From Eledone cirrhosa (Eukaryota): DNA of 64,000 nt. The DNA lies in NCBI GenBank assembly GCA_964016885.1, contig OZ024743.1, forward strand, positions 150,226,001-150,290,000, given 5' to 3'. This document shows, in pieces, positions 1 through 11,736 of the stretch. The notes below the pieces were generated by a model that saw only the letters and a list, made by a program, of their open reading frames with translations, was not told where the DNA came from and searched no databases. The translations under genes and the position numbers were made by a program. Every line of letters starts with the position of its first letter. Position 1 is the stretch's first letter.

Positions 1-2110
1 GAGTTCGATCCAGAGCCTCAAAGGCCGTCTTGTGACTCATGGTAGCCTCGTCCCATATGATCAGGCAGCACTCAGAAAGAAGATGTGCTTTAGGGTCGCC
101 ATGATCTATTCTACATGTAGGATTCTCATTATTTGCAATGTCCAAAGGCAATTTGAATGCGGAGTGTGCCGTACGACCGCCATGTAACAGTGTCGCCGCA
201 ATACCACTGGAGGCGACCGCTAAAGCAATCCGCTTGTCTTTTCGTAGCTTCGCAAGAAAACGGTTGATGAGAAAAAGTGTTTCCTGTTCCGCCAGGAGCA
301 TCCAGGAAAAATAGCCGTCCCTCATTTGAATTGACACTGGAGAGAATTCTGTCATATGTCCGTCTCTGGTCATGCAAAAGTCTGGGTTCGTCCTGAGCTA
401 CCTGATGTGTCATATCGTCGATGTTGTAATTTAACTCACGCATGAACTCCACTGTGATTGTTTCGAGGTTGTGGCAAACCGAAATCAGATACACCGCCAA
501 CTCCAAGAGCTTTAAGATGGTTGTCCATGTCGATGAGGACCTCATTGTACACCGCGTCGTTGAAAGCAAAGCCAGCCGCTGGATCTTCTGCTCGTAGTCT
601 ACGGAGGATGTCCTCTGACATATTGTCCTTATGCGTTTCCCAATCCTCAACCTTTTCTCCTTGTCGCCGCCGATGCCGTTTTTTGTTCGACCAAGTGAAG
701 TAGGTAGGTACATTGACGTAAAAAGGGGTAACTGCAAACGTATCGACAGAACATAGCTTAAAAAATGCTTTAAGCGTCGTCTCGGGTGGCTGCTCGGCAG
801 CAGCCGATGCGGTTTCCTCAGTGAAATAAACGCGTTGACCATTCTCTAAGTGAACATACAAGTTAACAACAGCTGGAGAGCACCGGTGAATTTCAAGCCC
901 ACAAATTCACCAAGCCGCCATATTGGAGGAAATGTATCTTCCCATCATGAACTGAGTAATTTCGTCTTTTGATTCTACGTCATCACTGAGGCCAACAACC
1001 ACCATGTCGCCGCCTTTGTTGATGTATTTGCAGATGTATTTAATGCTTTTAACAGATGTGCAGGACTCCACATTGATGTGAGCATTAAACATTTTAACAA
1101 GCAAAGGGCTGTAAGGCACCACCCAGCTGTTGTCAATGTCGTATTCTTTCCCTTTCTTATTAATCCTAGCCGAAAGGCCGCCAAAATCCCTGGTGAGGTC
1201 TCTGGGGTAGTGTTTGGTGCACTTGTTCCCCTCCATACATGAATTTTGGCTGTTAAGAGCACCACAGGGTCCATGTATCATATTAGCCAGCACAACTTTT
1301 CAATAAAAAGTTGCATTAAAAAAGGGAGGCATTGAATGTAAAATGCTAAGCTAAAAGCGAAAAATTAATGTCATTGTTTATGTATAATTAATTGGAAATG
1401 CTTCACTAAGAGATGGATATAAAAGTATTTTAAGTTAAATAGTATAGGGAGGTGTGTAAGATACATACATACGAGGTTAAATAGTATAGGGAGGTGTGTA
1501 GGATACATACATACATACGTAAACACGACGCTCAGCTTTATATAAGTATCGTGTGTATGTGTGTGTGTGTGTGTGCTATGCGAGCGACGACAGATCAAAG
1601 ATATATAACACGTGACTGAACGTTAACTAAAGTTTGCTTGTCTCTCTCTGTCTCTGCTCTCTCTCTCTCTGAATATCTAACACTTTAATTGTATCTCTCT
1701 CTGTCTAATGGCCTATCTGTCTATGCTATTCTAACGGCCTATCTCTCTCTGCTATTCTAACGGCCTATCTCTCTCTGCAGTGTTGTCATATAGGGAGTGA
1801 AGAGCGACAGAGAGAGTAAAGCAGTTAAATTATAGAGAGGGGGAATGATCTATTATAGAGAGAGGGAAGAGCGATGGAGAGAGTAAAGCTAAGAAACTAT
1901 AGGGAGGTAAAAGCGATAGAAAAATACCGTTCTTTTGCTCTAGAGACCACATTTTTCAATTTAAGAACCCCAAGTAAACTTGTCGCTTCCTCGGCACCTT
2001 TTACATTAATGTGTAAATTTTCATGACAACCAGAGCATTGGTACTACCCTTTTGCCTGTATCCAGACACGACTCAGACAATTTTCGCCCATTTCACATTT
2101 ATATAATAGA
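1..2110 (-). mobile_element. Helitron, internally deleted and frameshifted (Rep C-terminal part + Pif1 helicase), running off the window edge
   Basis: Minus-strand peptides MIHGPCG...WVVPYSPLL..FNAHINVESC.SVKSIKYICKYINKG (Rep motif 3), VHLENGQRVYF, FFLDAPGGTG, AVASSGIAATLLHGGRTAHS and LIIWDEATM (Pif1). 5' terminus A|TCTATTATATAAA at 2110. Confidence 0.93.
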
Positions 2111-2237
2111 TATATATATGTATAACCATAATTTTTATGTCAACCTTTCTATGCTGGTTTGGGTTGGACAAGACGTTTAGTGACTTCTTATGATATGATA
2201 GGATACAGTGTACCTATTCTATATATATATATATATG

Positions 2238-3026
2238 TAGTAGAATAATCGAGTATCGAAAAATCGGCGCACGAGTTCACGATAAACAAAATTCGAGATG
2301 AGCGGCAGAGGGCTCTATAATTCAAATAAATCAGAGCTATAACTATCGTTAAAATACCGTCATACGTAGAATATGTCTACAATCAACCAAATGACCGAAA
2401 AATTCGATACGGAAGATTCGGGACACTCAGATAAATCAATAAATGAAATGAATGTAAAAAGCATACCCGGACCCGCGAGAGAGAGGGAATATCTAGCTTC
2501 TTGGGTTTCTGTAAATCCTTAAACCATCATCTATCAGCTCACATAAAAATATAAGACTTACAGACAAACGGGGGACTGGAGTTACTTCTTCAACGAGCTT
2601 TGTCCGAACGGATGAAAAGACAAAACCCAGGCTAAAAATACGCACATGGATTTCAGCAAGGGAGATAACCTTTATATCCGCAAAAAATATTCGGAAAAAT
2701 GTGGAAAAACACATATCGAATAAGAGTGCTCAATAGACATGTTAAAATAAACAGGGGCTATTCATCATTTAATAGAATCGACAAAAAATGAACAATAAAA
2801 TTAACTGGTCAATAGCTAGGTCTAGAGCTAAATATAGTAGAATAATCGAGTATCGAAAAATCGGCGCACGAGTTCACGATAAACAAAATTCGAGATGAGC
2901 GGCAGAGGGCTCTATAATTCAAATAAATCAGAGCTATAACTATCGTTAAAATACCGTCACACGTAGAATATGTCTACAATCAACCAAATAACCGAAAAAT
3001 TCGATATGGAAGATTCGGGACACTCA
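2238..3026. repeat. Non-coding element with 192-bp direct terminal repeats (period 597 bp) inserted in (TA)n
   Basis: 2238-2429 is nearly identical to 2835-3026; a third, inverted copy lies at ~51786-51978. Confidence 0.85.
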
Positions 3027-3305
3027 TATATGTATACATATATAACGGCGATGGATTAGTTTTGCGAGGTTTTTGATATGAAATCGTGTGTCGAAATAAA
3101 AAATATTGTTATACTTGGGGAGGGTCATATTTGTGTAATAATATTGCCAGAATTAATAACAGAACACACTCACTGTTTGGTTGGTTTTCGCTTCTGTGTC
3201 TTTTATATCGGTTAATTTAATTTATTCGGTCCTCAATGTTACCATTGACTGACCAACGGTCAAAAATACAGATATAATATAGACACAAACACATATATAT
3301 AGTCT

Positions 3306-3347
3306 AACAAAGTTCTTTCGTTGCACATCTGCAACATCGTCAATGGT
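3306..3347 (-). ncRNA. Type-I hammerhead ribozyme motif, decayed copy (core UUGACGA)
   Basis: Reverse complement reads TTGACGA-T-GTTGCA-GATG-TGCAAC-GAAA-GAAC-TT-TGTT. Confidence 0.55.
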
Positions 3348-5001
3348 GCTATTATGTTTCCTCCCGTTGTATTGTATGCCTACGCCATCTTTATTTAGTC
3401 TGTTTATTTATTTATTTATTTATTTATTTTTTGTCTTCGCATGCGTTTGCGTGTGTGAATAGTGTTTGATGTGTGTTCGTGTTTGGGTGACTGTGTATTG
3501 GTTATTGTAGTCTATCTTAGTTTACTAGTGTGGGTTTATGTGTTGTTATTGTGCTTGTGTATGTATTTATTTATTTATTTATACTTCTCTTAGGTCAGTA
3601 TTGTTTGTTTGGGTGTTGTTATTCCATTCATTTTTTTCTGTTTAGCCTTGGCCTTCTAAGTTCTATTTCGCTGGCCTCTCTGATTTGCCTATCTGCTGGG
3701 TCATTTCTATATTTAGATATGCTAATTTCTATGTTGTCTATGTTACCGTCGTGTTGTTGTCTGGCATGTTCGTATAGCACTGAACCGTTTTTCGTCCTTT
3801 TAGTTCCCCCCAGTGTTGGTCTATTCTTTCACCTATGCTACGAGCTGTCTCACCTATGTATATTGTTGTCATGTTTCTGCAAGTACCCTCTGTACATTTT
3901 ATGCTATAGACTACGTTTCTAGTTTTACAGTTTATCCGGGGGTTTACTTTGCATATAATACATTTCCTATTAGTACAGTGGGTTTTCTTAAAAGGGTAGG
4001 TTTTGCTGATCAGGGATTTTATGGTGGTTCCTGGCTTTTCTACCACCTTAATCTTTAAGTGGGTCTTTCTCAGGGCCTTTCTACACTGGTTAGCTAATTT
4101 CCCTCCAGGGGTAGCGTCCACAAACATGACACTCTGGTATCTCTGGTTGTCGTACCATGAGGTGACTTTCCCTATCATATGTCTAGTCCTATCTAAGCTA
4201 TTCCATGATTTACTCCTGTATAATGGGCAAATTCCTTTCATGTCCAGTTCTATGAGGGTTTTATACTTCTCTGTGGCTCCTTCGTATACTTTGATTCTGT
4301 CTCTTTGTTTGTAGCCAGAGAACTGCATGCGGTTGATGAAGTGTTGGATGTGTCTTTCCATTTCTGTTGGGTCGCACATGCGGGACACGTTCTTCATCAC
4401 TCGTACCAAGTCTGCGATCAGAATATTAAACTTAGCACTACTGGACATTGCTGAGTTTTTGAGTATCAGGTATTTGCAGGCCATGCGTTTAGCATAGTGT
4501 GAGTGGAGAATTTGGGCTCTCTAGTCTATAGTGTTAATCCAGAGTTCCGTGTCTAATACAGGTAGTCTATTGTTAGGATGTTTGGAAGGGTACGCTGGTG
4601 TATGGAATTAGCTATCTGCTGGATGCTTTCCATTGTGCTACGTTCTAAATCAAACTTGTTAGTACTCTCTTGTGGGGATGTCCTTATTACTATATTGATG
4701 ACGTCTACGTAACGAGAGTACATGATGAGGTCTATGGAGCTCTCATCAATGAGATCTTTGAGTCTCCTTTCCTATACCATAAAAAGGTTGGCAACGTCTG
4801 CTCCCTCATTTTGGGTGTAGATCTTCTCGTTGAATTTGAATATGTGGCCCTTTAGGGTGGGCTTGATACTATACACACACTATACACTATACACACTATA
4901 CACACACGCAAACGCATGCGCAGAGAAGACAAAAAAAATAAATAAACAGACTAAATAAAGATGGCGTAGGCATACAATACAACGGGAGGAAACATAATAG
5001 C

Positions 5002-5043
5002 AGCACTGACGATGTTGCAGATGTGCAACGAAAGAACTTTGTT
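5002..5043 (+). ncRNA. Minimal type-I hammerhead ribozyme motif in PLE pseudo-LTR
   Basis: AGCA-CTGACGA-T-GTTGCA-GATG-TGCAAC-GAAA-GAAC-TT-TGTT: canonical core, 6-bp stem II, 4-bp stem I. Confidence 0.75.
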
Positions 5044-5238
5044 AGACTATATATATGTGTTTGTGTCTATACTATATCTGTATTTTTGACCGTTGGTCAG
5101 TCAATGGTAACATTGAGGACCGAATAAATTAAATTAACCGATATAAAAGACACAGAAGCGAAAACCAACCAAACAGTGAGTGTGTTCTGTTATTAATTCT
5201 GGCAATATTATTACACAAATATGACTCTCCCCAAGTAT

Positions 5239-5301
<63 letters not shown>

Positions 5302-5304
<3 letters not shown>

Positions 5305-5498
5305 CGAAGGAAATGTGGTAAGGAACCAGATGGACCATAATGCACCAAAGTACTCAATACTTAGGGTAGTAGAGTGGGTAATAGGAACGAGTAGGACCCC
5401 GACGGCTGAGCTCAAGCCGTTTCGAGGGCTAATTCTGGACGATGAATTAGCCGTCGAAACGGCTTGAGCTCAGCCGTCGGGATCCTACTCGTTCCTAT
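5302..5498. repeat. Short hairpin-ended element in (TA)n; second copy inverted at 49939-50143
   Basis: Palindrome 5381-5498 (~55-bp arms) plus a unique ~80-bp tail shared with 50062-50143. Confidence 0.85.
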
Positions 5499-5506
5499 AT
5501 ATATAT

Positions 5507-5556
<50 letters not shown>

Positions 5557-5560
<4 letters not shown>

Positions 5561-6288
5561 ATGTGTCAGAAAAGAAACAGGACTGGTGTCTCAAAAAATA
5601 TTTCAAATTGAAATTTCAAACAACAAGTTTTCCCCTTCAAAATAATCCTCCTTGAGTCTTAATGCACATTCTCATTCTTCACAGACCCTTGATGGCTTCC
5701 ATGTCTAGAAAATGGGTCCCTTTGACTCATCACTGATGGTGACTCTCCACAGCAAGCCTAGTTCAGTTTGAAGATGCTCAAGGATGTTCTTAAACATCTG
5801 CATATGCCACTCTTTCTGGTCATCCTTTAGTAGCTTCAGCATTATCATCATGAAGATCTTCTGCTTGCCCAAATCCAGTTGCGGTTCATGCCCATCTCAC
5901 TTGTGATCAGTCAAACAGTTAGTCAATGCTCAGTCCTGCTACTTGAAGGCATTCCACTCCTGGGGTCGTCTTCAATGTCCTTACGACCCTCTGTGAATCT
6001 TTTGTGCCACTCAAAATCCTCTAAGTGAGTGCTACTGACAGAGTTTACTCCGGCCAGACCAAAAACTTCAGATTGGTTCATTGCGCTGTGCCCATTCCGC
6101 GACAGCTTAAAATTGAAGAGCTGTTAACAAAGGTACATACAAAAACATACAATGGCTGCAGAGAGCTAAGATCACAGTTATATACTCCCAGATATTATAT
6201 CACGCCGTGACGCAATTCGCTAATCCCTACCCCGCTCACAGCTCCCACAGTACATAAAGTCCTGTAATTTTTCTGCTACGCCTCGATT
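5557..6288 (-). mobile_element. Decayed mariner element (internally deleted transposase)
   Basis: Imperfect TIRs (GATGTGTCAGAAAAG..ACAGGACT / AGTCCTGTAATTTTTCTGCTACGCCTCG) between TA tracts; minus-strand [23 protein letters not shown] and a C-terminal YFEG remnant. Confidence 0.85.
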
Positions 6289-6301
6289 TATATATATATA
6301 T

Positions 6302-6468
6302 ATATTGTTATACTTTGGGAGGGTCATGTTGCCAATAAGAAACACACGCACCAGTTGCTTTCACTCCAATTTATTATAAATTAAATTTAACAATTTATAA
6401 ATTTCCGGTTGGTTGGTTGTTGGTGTGTTTCTTATTGGCAACGTGATCCTCCCAAAGTATAACAATAT
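6302..6468. mobile_element. PLE 3'-end fragment with fold-back copy (MITE-like appearance)
   Basis: ~45-bp inverted ends ATATTGTTATACTTTGGGAGG...; the sequence matches the PLE 3' terminus at 6722, 42316 and 44196. Confidence 0.8.
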
Positions 6469-6524
6469 CGGTTTCAACACACGTTTTCGGATAAAGAATC
6501 TTGCTAAACAAATTCAGAAACGAA

Positions 6525-6679
6525 ATATATATATATATATATGTATATCGTATATATATATATTATATATATATATATATATATCGTATATATATATATA
6601 TCGTGTATATATATCGTATATATATATATATCGTGTATATATATCGTATATATATATATATCGTATATATATATATATC

Positions 6680-6721
<42 letters not shown>
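6525..6721. repeat. (TA)n microsatellite interrupted by TCG
   Basis: Direct reading; the same TATATCG interruptions occur at 9184-9280. Confidence 0.95.
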
Positions 6722-6727
<6 letters not shown>

Positions 6728-7325
6728 ATACTTTGGGAGGGTCATGTTGCCAATAAGAAACACACGCACCAGTTGCTTTCACTTCAATTTATTATATATT
6801 TATAAATTTACAAATTTATAAATTTCTGGTTGGTTGGTTCCACAACCAGATAGTTGTTTATATATAGTCATAGTCCTTTCATCACACACTCTGTGACCTC
6901 TTCAGTGACTGGGGATTCCTTTATTTGTTTCTGTGCCTCTCCTTTGTTCTGTCCTACGCCATTTCGTTTCTGTGTGTGTGTTGTGTGCTCAGTTTGCGCA
7001 TGCGCCACATCCGGGTGTCTGTGTGTGTTTATGTTCATTTATCTATTTGTTTATTTATTTATTTATTTACATATTATTGATTGGTTGTTTGTTCTATGTG
7101 TGTGTGTGTTTTCATTTTGTCCTTAATTGTAAGTTGTGATGTTGCTGTTCCACTTATATTTTCTATTTAATTTTGGTTGTAATTCTTTTATGTTTATTGC
7201 CTCTGTAATTTGTCTAAACATTGCATCTTTTCTGTGTGTAGATTCTATTTTTATTTCTATGTTCTCTAATTTACCCTTGTGTTCTATCTTAGCATGTTGG
7301 TAGAGTACAGATGATTCTTTATTAT
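6722..7325 (-). mobile_element. Penelope-like element 3' fragment (GIY-YIG C-terminus + pseudo-LTR)
   Basis: Minus strand SSVLYQHAKIEH...DAMFRQITEAINIKELQPKLNRK; HHR motif at 6866-6910. Confidence 0.85.
6866..6910 (-). ncRNA. Minimal type-I hammerhead ribozyme motif
   Basis: AGTCA-CTGAAGA-G-GTCACA-GAGTG-TGTGAT-GAAA-GGAC-TA-TGACT: 5-bp stem I, 6-bp stem II. Confidence 0.78.
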
Positions 7326-8307
7326 CTTGAAGGTCTCGCCAGTGTTCATTTATCCGTCATTATCGCTGCCATGTCCTGCGTCTCCAATAGACCAGTGTCT
7401 GTCCTTAGGGCATCAACATACGTTAACCTTGGTCTTCCTCTTCTAGTGTGTCCATGTAGGGGCTCCCAAAGGAGCACTGAGTGCAATGTCAACTCTGGAT
7501 GTCGGTGAGCATGTCCAGCTAACCTCAGTCTCCTCTGTGTCACTTTTGAGCTGACTTTTGGGATGCTCCCTACAGCTCTGAGTTTTTCATCCTCAGTGTA
7601 TACTGATTAATGTTCAGAGCCATCCTCAGCATTCTCGTGTAGCACCCATCCACCATCTGAGTGAGTTTCTTGGTCAGTGTCCAAGTCTCAGACCCATACA
7701 GCAGCACAGACTCCACTACAGCAATGAAGAGGCGGATTTTCAGGTCTCTACGAAGGTCCGACTTCCACACCGATCTCAAGCTGTGGCACACCGCCCAGGC
7801 CTTGCTCTTCCTCTCAACCACATCATCTTCCGTATTCCCAATCTTTGCTCCCAAATACAGGAAGCCCTCAACCAATTCTAGCGGCTTCCCGCTTACATTA
7901 GTGATCCTCTCTGGCTTCTCAACATTCTCTACCAGATATTTTGTTTTAGTCTCATTCATTCTCAGCCCCACACTCATCGACACAGTCTCAACCTCCCGCA
8001 TCAAATCCTCTGCCTCCTTCACTGTATTTGTCACCAAAACTATGTCGTCGGCAAATTCAGCATCCGATACCTTTTTCGCCCTAACTCTCCTGCTCTGAGC
8101 CGGTGCCACAGTAAAGCCAGAGTCCTGGTGTTTCTCCAGTGCAAGGCGCATACAATAGTCCACTACGAGGATAAAAAGGTAGGGAGCCAATGTATCTCCC
8201 TGGAGCACTCCAGCCAGTATCTCAAAGAACTCTGTCATCCCATCAGGTGTAATGACTTGGGCTTTGGTATTGGTGTAGAGCAGTGATATCAGGTCCACTA
8301 TCTTCTT
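7326..8307 (-). pseudogene. RTE-clade LINE reverse transcriptase, 3' part
   Basis: GVLQGDTLAPYLFIL, EFADDIVL, YLGA, VESVLLYGSETWTL, RLRLAGH. Confidence 0.92.
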
Positions 8308-9183
8308 CTGAAAGCTGCCAAGGACCAATTCTATGCTGATCCTACGGAGGAAGGAGAGGATGGAGACTGTGGAGGTGATGAGGGAAGAACTCTGTACCGC
8401 TTACACTGAGGTCAGAGAGGAGGCACTGATAGAGAAGATCAGAAGTGTGGAGAGAGCGGTTGACAGATCTGGATGTAAGGAGAGCTGGATGATCATCAAC
8501 GAGATCACAGGGAGGAGGAGAAGGTGTTCGAGTCAGATCCAGGGAACGGGGCCCGAGGATAGGAAGAGGAAATGGCTAGACCATTTTAGGACCCTACTAG
8601 GAGAGCCACCCTCCACAGCCCAGAGCACTGGGGAGATCAGGCGGCTGTTTGAGGAACTGGATGTTGAGACAGAGCACTTCACCAGAGAGGAGCTTCAGAG
8701 AGCCAAGAAGAGGATCAAGGAGGGCAAGGCTCATGGAGAAGATGGAGTGGCATCAGAGGTGATGAAGAGGTGTGATTTTGATGATATCATCCTGGGGTAC
8801 TGTAACGGGGCACTGGAGAGAGGAGTTGCCCCGAATCAGTGGAGGATCAGTAACATCGTCCCAGTGCCAAAGAAGGGAGATCTCTCTAACACCAACAACT
8901 ACAGGGGGATCTCACTGACGTCACTTGTGGCAAAGACCCTCAACAGGATGATTCTTAACAGGATCCAGCCTGAGATGGAGAAGAAGCTCAGGGACAACCA
9001 GAACGGCTTCAGAGGGGGTAGATCAACCATCAGTCACATCCTGATGCTGAGGAGGATATTAGAGGGAGCTAGAGCAAAGTGCCTTCCTGCGGTCATGGTT
9101 TTCATTGACTTTAGGAAGGCCTTTGATTATGTGGACCGTTACTGCCTGATGAAGATCTTACAGGCTTATGGAATCCCCAAGAA
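8308..9183 (+). pseudogene. Same RTE LINE, upstream part inverted (RT N-terminal half)
   Basis: [47 protein letters not shown], ending AYGIPK, which continues as KKIVDLISLLY on the minus segment. Confidence 0.92.
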
Positions 9184-9277
9184 TATATATATATATATCG
9201 TATATATATATCGTATATATATATCGTATATATATATCGTATATATATATCGTATATATATATCGTATATATATATC

Positions 9278-9360
<83 letters not shown>

Positions 9361-9405
9361 AAATATATATATATATATCGTATATATATTATATATATAT
9401 ATATT

Positions 9406-9437
<32 letters not shown>

Positions 9438-9462
9438 ATATTTATATATATATATATATATC

Positions 9463-9541
<79 letters not shown>
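9184..9541. repeat. (TA)n microsatellite
   Basis: Direct reading. Confidence 0.95.
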
Positions 9542-9542
<1 letters not shown>

Positions 9543-11608
9543 CAAAATGTTGTAGTTTGCTTGAACCATTGTATATAATATATAACGTTGAAAGAGATAG
9601 AAGTGTCTGCTGGCATCTACCTGTATCGCGGATAGGGCAGTTAGTCAGGGAGCATTGATTGCTGTTGCCTCTAGATTGCATTTGAGACAGGTATCCACGC
9701 AGCGAAGGGCCGGAGTGTGCTAACTGTATGTCCAGTCCTTCTTTGCGGATAGCTCTGCGGATATCTGTGGTTATGCTTTTGCTGAAATGTGGTAATTTCA
9801 TGAAGCATGCATTAGAGTAGGTCTTATGCCTGTGGCGATTTCGTTTCTTAAGTTGATTCACTGCAGATGTTGGGTATCTGTTCGTCTTCAGTACATCTAT
9901 GAAGTGTGCAGGGTGGATGATCTGGTCCTCTGTCTTGCTACATTTATCCCAAATACTCATAAGTACATTTCTTATGTATCCGGTTTTAGCACCAAAGGGA
10001 AGGGCTGATCTATAATGCACAAACAGGTCTCTGCTGTCAGCTTTCTAATAGAAGTTGGTGTATATAGTACCTTCTTCTGTTACTCTAAGTTGGAAGTCCA
10101 GCAGAGACAAGGAACCATTTTTATCGAGGTGTTCTGTGGTAAATCGTTTGTTGTTATCTGTTTGAAAATACTGTAGATATTATGCCAGCCTCTTCGCGGG
10201 ATGATGTCAGGATGAGTATATCATCTATGTATCGGGTGAAGAAAACACAGGAGTGGCAGGTGTTGAGCACTCAATGTTCCAGTTGGTTGATATACGTGAT
10301 GGGTTGAAAGCCTGAAAGACTGGGACCCCATGGGTAGGACTGTTGTTTGTTTGTATGTGTAGTGGTAGAAAGTGAAATATGTATTTTCTATAGAAGCTGA
10401 TGTATGTCTTGTGGAGAGACGTCGGAGCAGTATATATTGTCTGATGAGATGCAATTAGTCACTTAGGTTGACCGCTGGATGAGCGGGTACTGTCGTGTAG
10501 AGGGAGACAACGTCGAGACTAAAGGTATATCTGTTGAGTTTGAGCTGGTTAGGTTGTAGTTGATGTAGTCTTTGTATGACTTCGTCGGGGCTGCTGAAAT
10601 GTCCAGGAAAAGTAGCAAGCATAGGCTTGAGGATCTGGGAGAGGAACCAGGAGATTTTATAGAGGGATCCTTCCATACTCGAGACAATTGGTCTAAACTG
10701 TAGATTAACACTGGTTTTGTGGGTTTTAAGGAGGTGGTAGAACGTTGGTAATCTGCTGTTTCTGGTAGTGAGGTTATTTTTATACTTGTTGGCAGATATC
10801 CGTCCAGGTGGTGTTGATGTGATCTTCAGTCTGGGATGCAGCTATGTCAGTCACTTATTTATATAGTTCACCGTTGTTAAAGTGCTCATATGCCAAGCTG
10901 TTGTATGTGTCCCTTGAGATGACAGAGAATGTTTCCCTTTGCCAGAAGGGAGGTATAGGAGGTCCTTCTCTCGCATGTTGTTTAGAATGAGGTGTTCTTT
11001 CATGGAGAGGTTAGGGAATACCTTCTTATGTTTCAGTAATATATAAACATAGACCTCAAAGTCTGGAAAGTTTGGGGTCGAGCTCTCAGTTAATAGGCGG
11101 TGGAAAGAGTGGTCTAAGTAGTATATAGGAAATTTAGTGTTGTTCATTGCGGTAGTAGTGTTGTTGTCAGTGGCGTTGTTTATTACTGAGAGCCATTTGA
11201 GTTGGTAGGCAGCTCAGCAAAAGCTGGCTTCAAGATTTAGTTTCATCCTGTCGTCTAGTCGCTGAGTTAATATAAATGTTGGGCCAAGGCTGAGGAGTTT
11301 AAGTTCTTTGTGTGATAGCGATCCTGTCAAGTCTGTGACGAGAGTTGTGATATTGTTTGAAGTGTCGGTGACCTCAGTGGTGGTAGTTCCTTGACTGTCT
11401 CTGTTGTTGTAGTGTGAAGCATTTTTGTTCGGGTGATATTTCTTGCAAAGCCATAGGAACTTTCATTTCAGGCATTTCTTCTCAAGATTAAGGCGGTTGT
11501 GATAACATCGATTTATAGCAGCAGTTGTTTTCTGGAGCAGTGACTCTGGGATTATAATTAGTTTTGGAAGTGTGTCGGAGATTTTTTGCATGTGTTGGTG
11601 GAGTTGAG
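9542..11608 (-). mobile_element. Decayed Penelope-like element (RT + start of GIY-YIG)
   Basis: Frameshifted peptides LLYLPSGKG, FSLDVVSLYTTVP, LPMGS, HYRSALPFGAKTGYIRN, LAHSGPSLRG; same family as 47651-49128. Confidence 0.88.
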
Positions 11609-11619
11609 ATATATATATA

Positions 11620-11721
11620 TATTAGGTTGAGTAATAATTCATGAGCGTATTTTTGCCCAAGTGTTGTGGTCTGCGTATTTTTAAATAAAAAAAAAATGCT
11701 CAGGAATTACTCAACCTAATA
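11620..11721. mobile_element. Mariner-type MITE
   Basis: TIRs TATTAGGTTGAGTAAT / ATTACTCAACCTAATA within TA context. Confidence 0.75.
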
Positions 11722-11736
11722 CATATATATATATCA

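Larger units (their letters stand above)
3104..5244 (-). mobile_element. Penelope-like element, 5'-truncated, with inverted pseudo-LTR
   Basis: Minus-strand RT remnant (YSRYVD~ near 4700) and ORF 3738-4484 with Cys linker and GIY-YIG (NVVYSIKC...YIGETARSIGERIDQH). 3104-~3456 is repeated inverted at ~4903-5244. Confidence 0.92.

Noticed and set aside
4670-4855. Plus-strand ORF containing YYIDD
   Set aside because: Antisense coincidence; the minus strand carries the PLE RT motif in register with the rest of the element.
6413-6821. ORFs with YIYI runs (also at 9168-9616, 33011-33401, 43271-44083, 52778, 54146)
   Set aside because: Artefacts of (TA)n microsatellites lacking stop codons.
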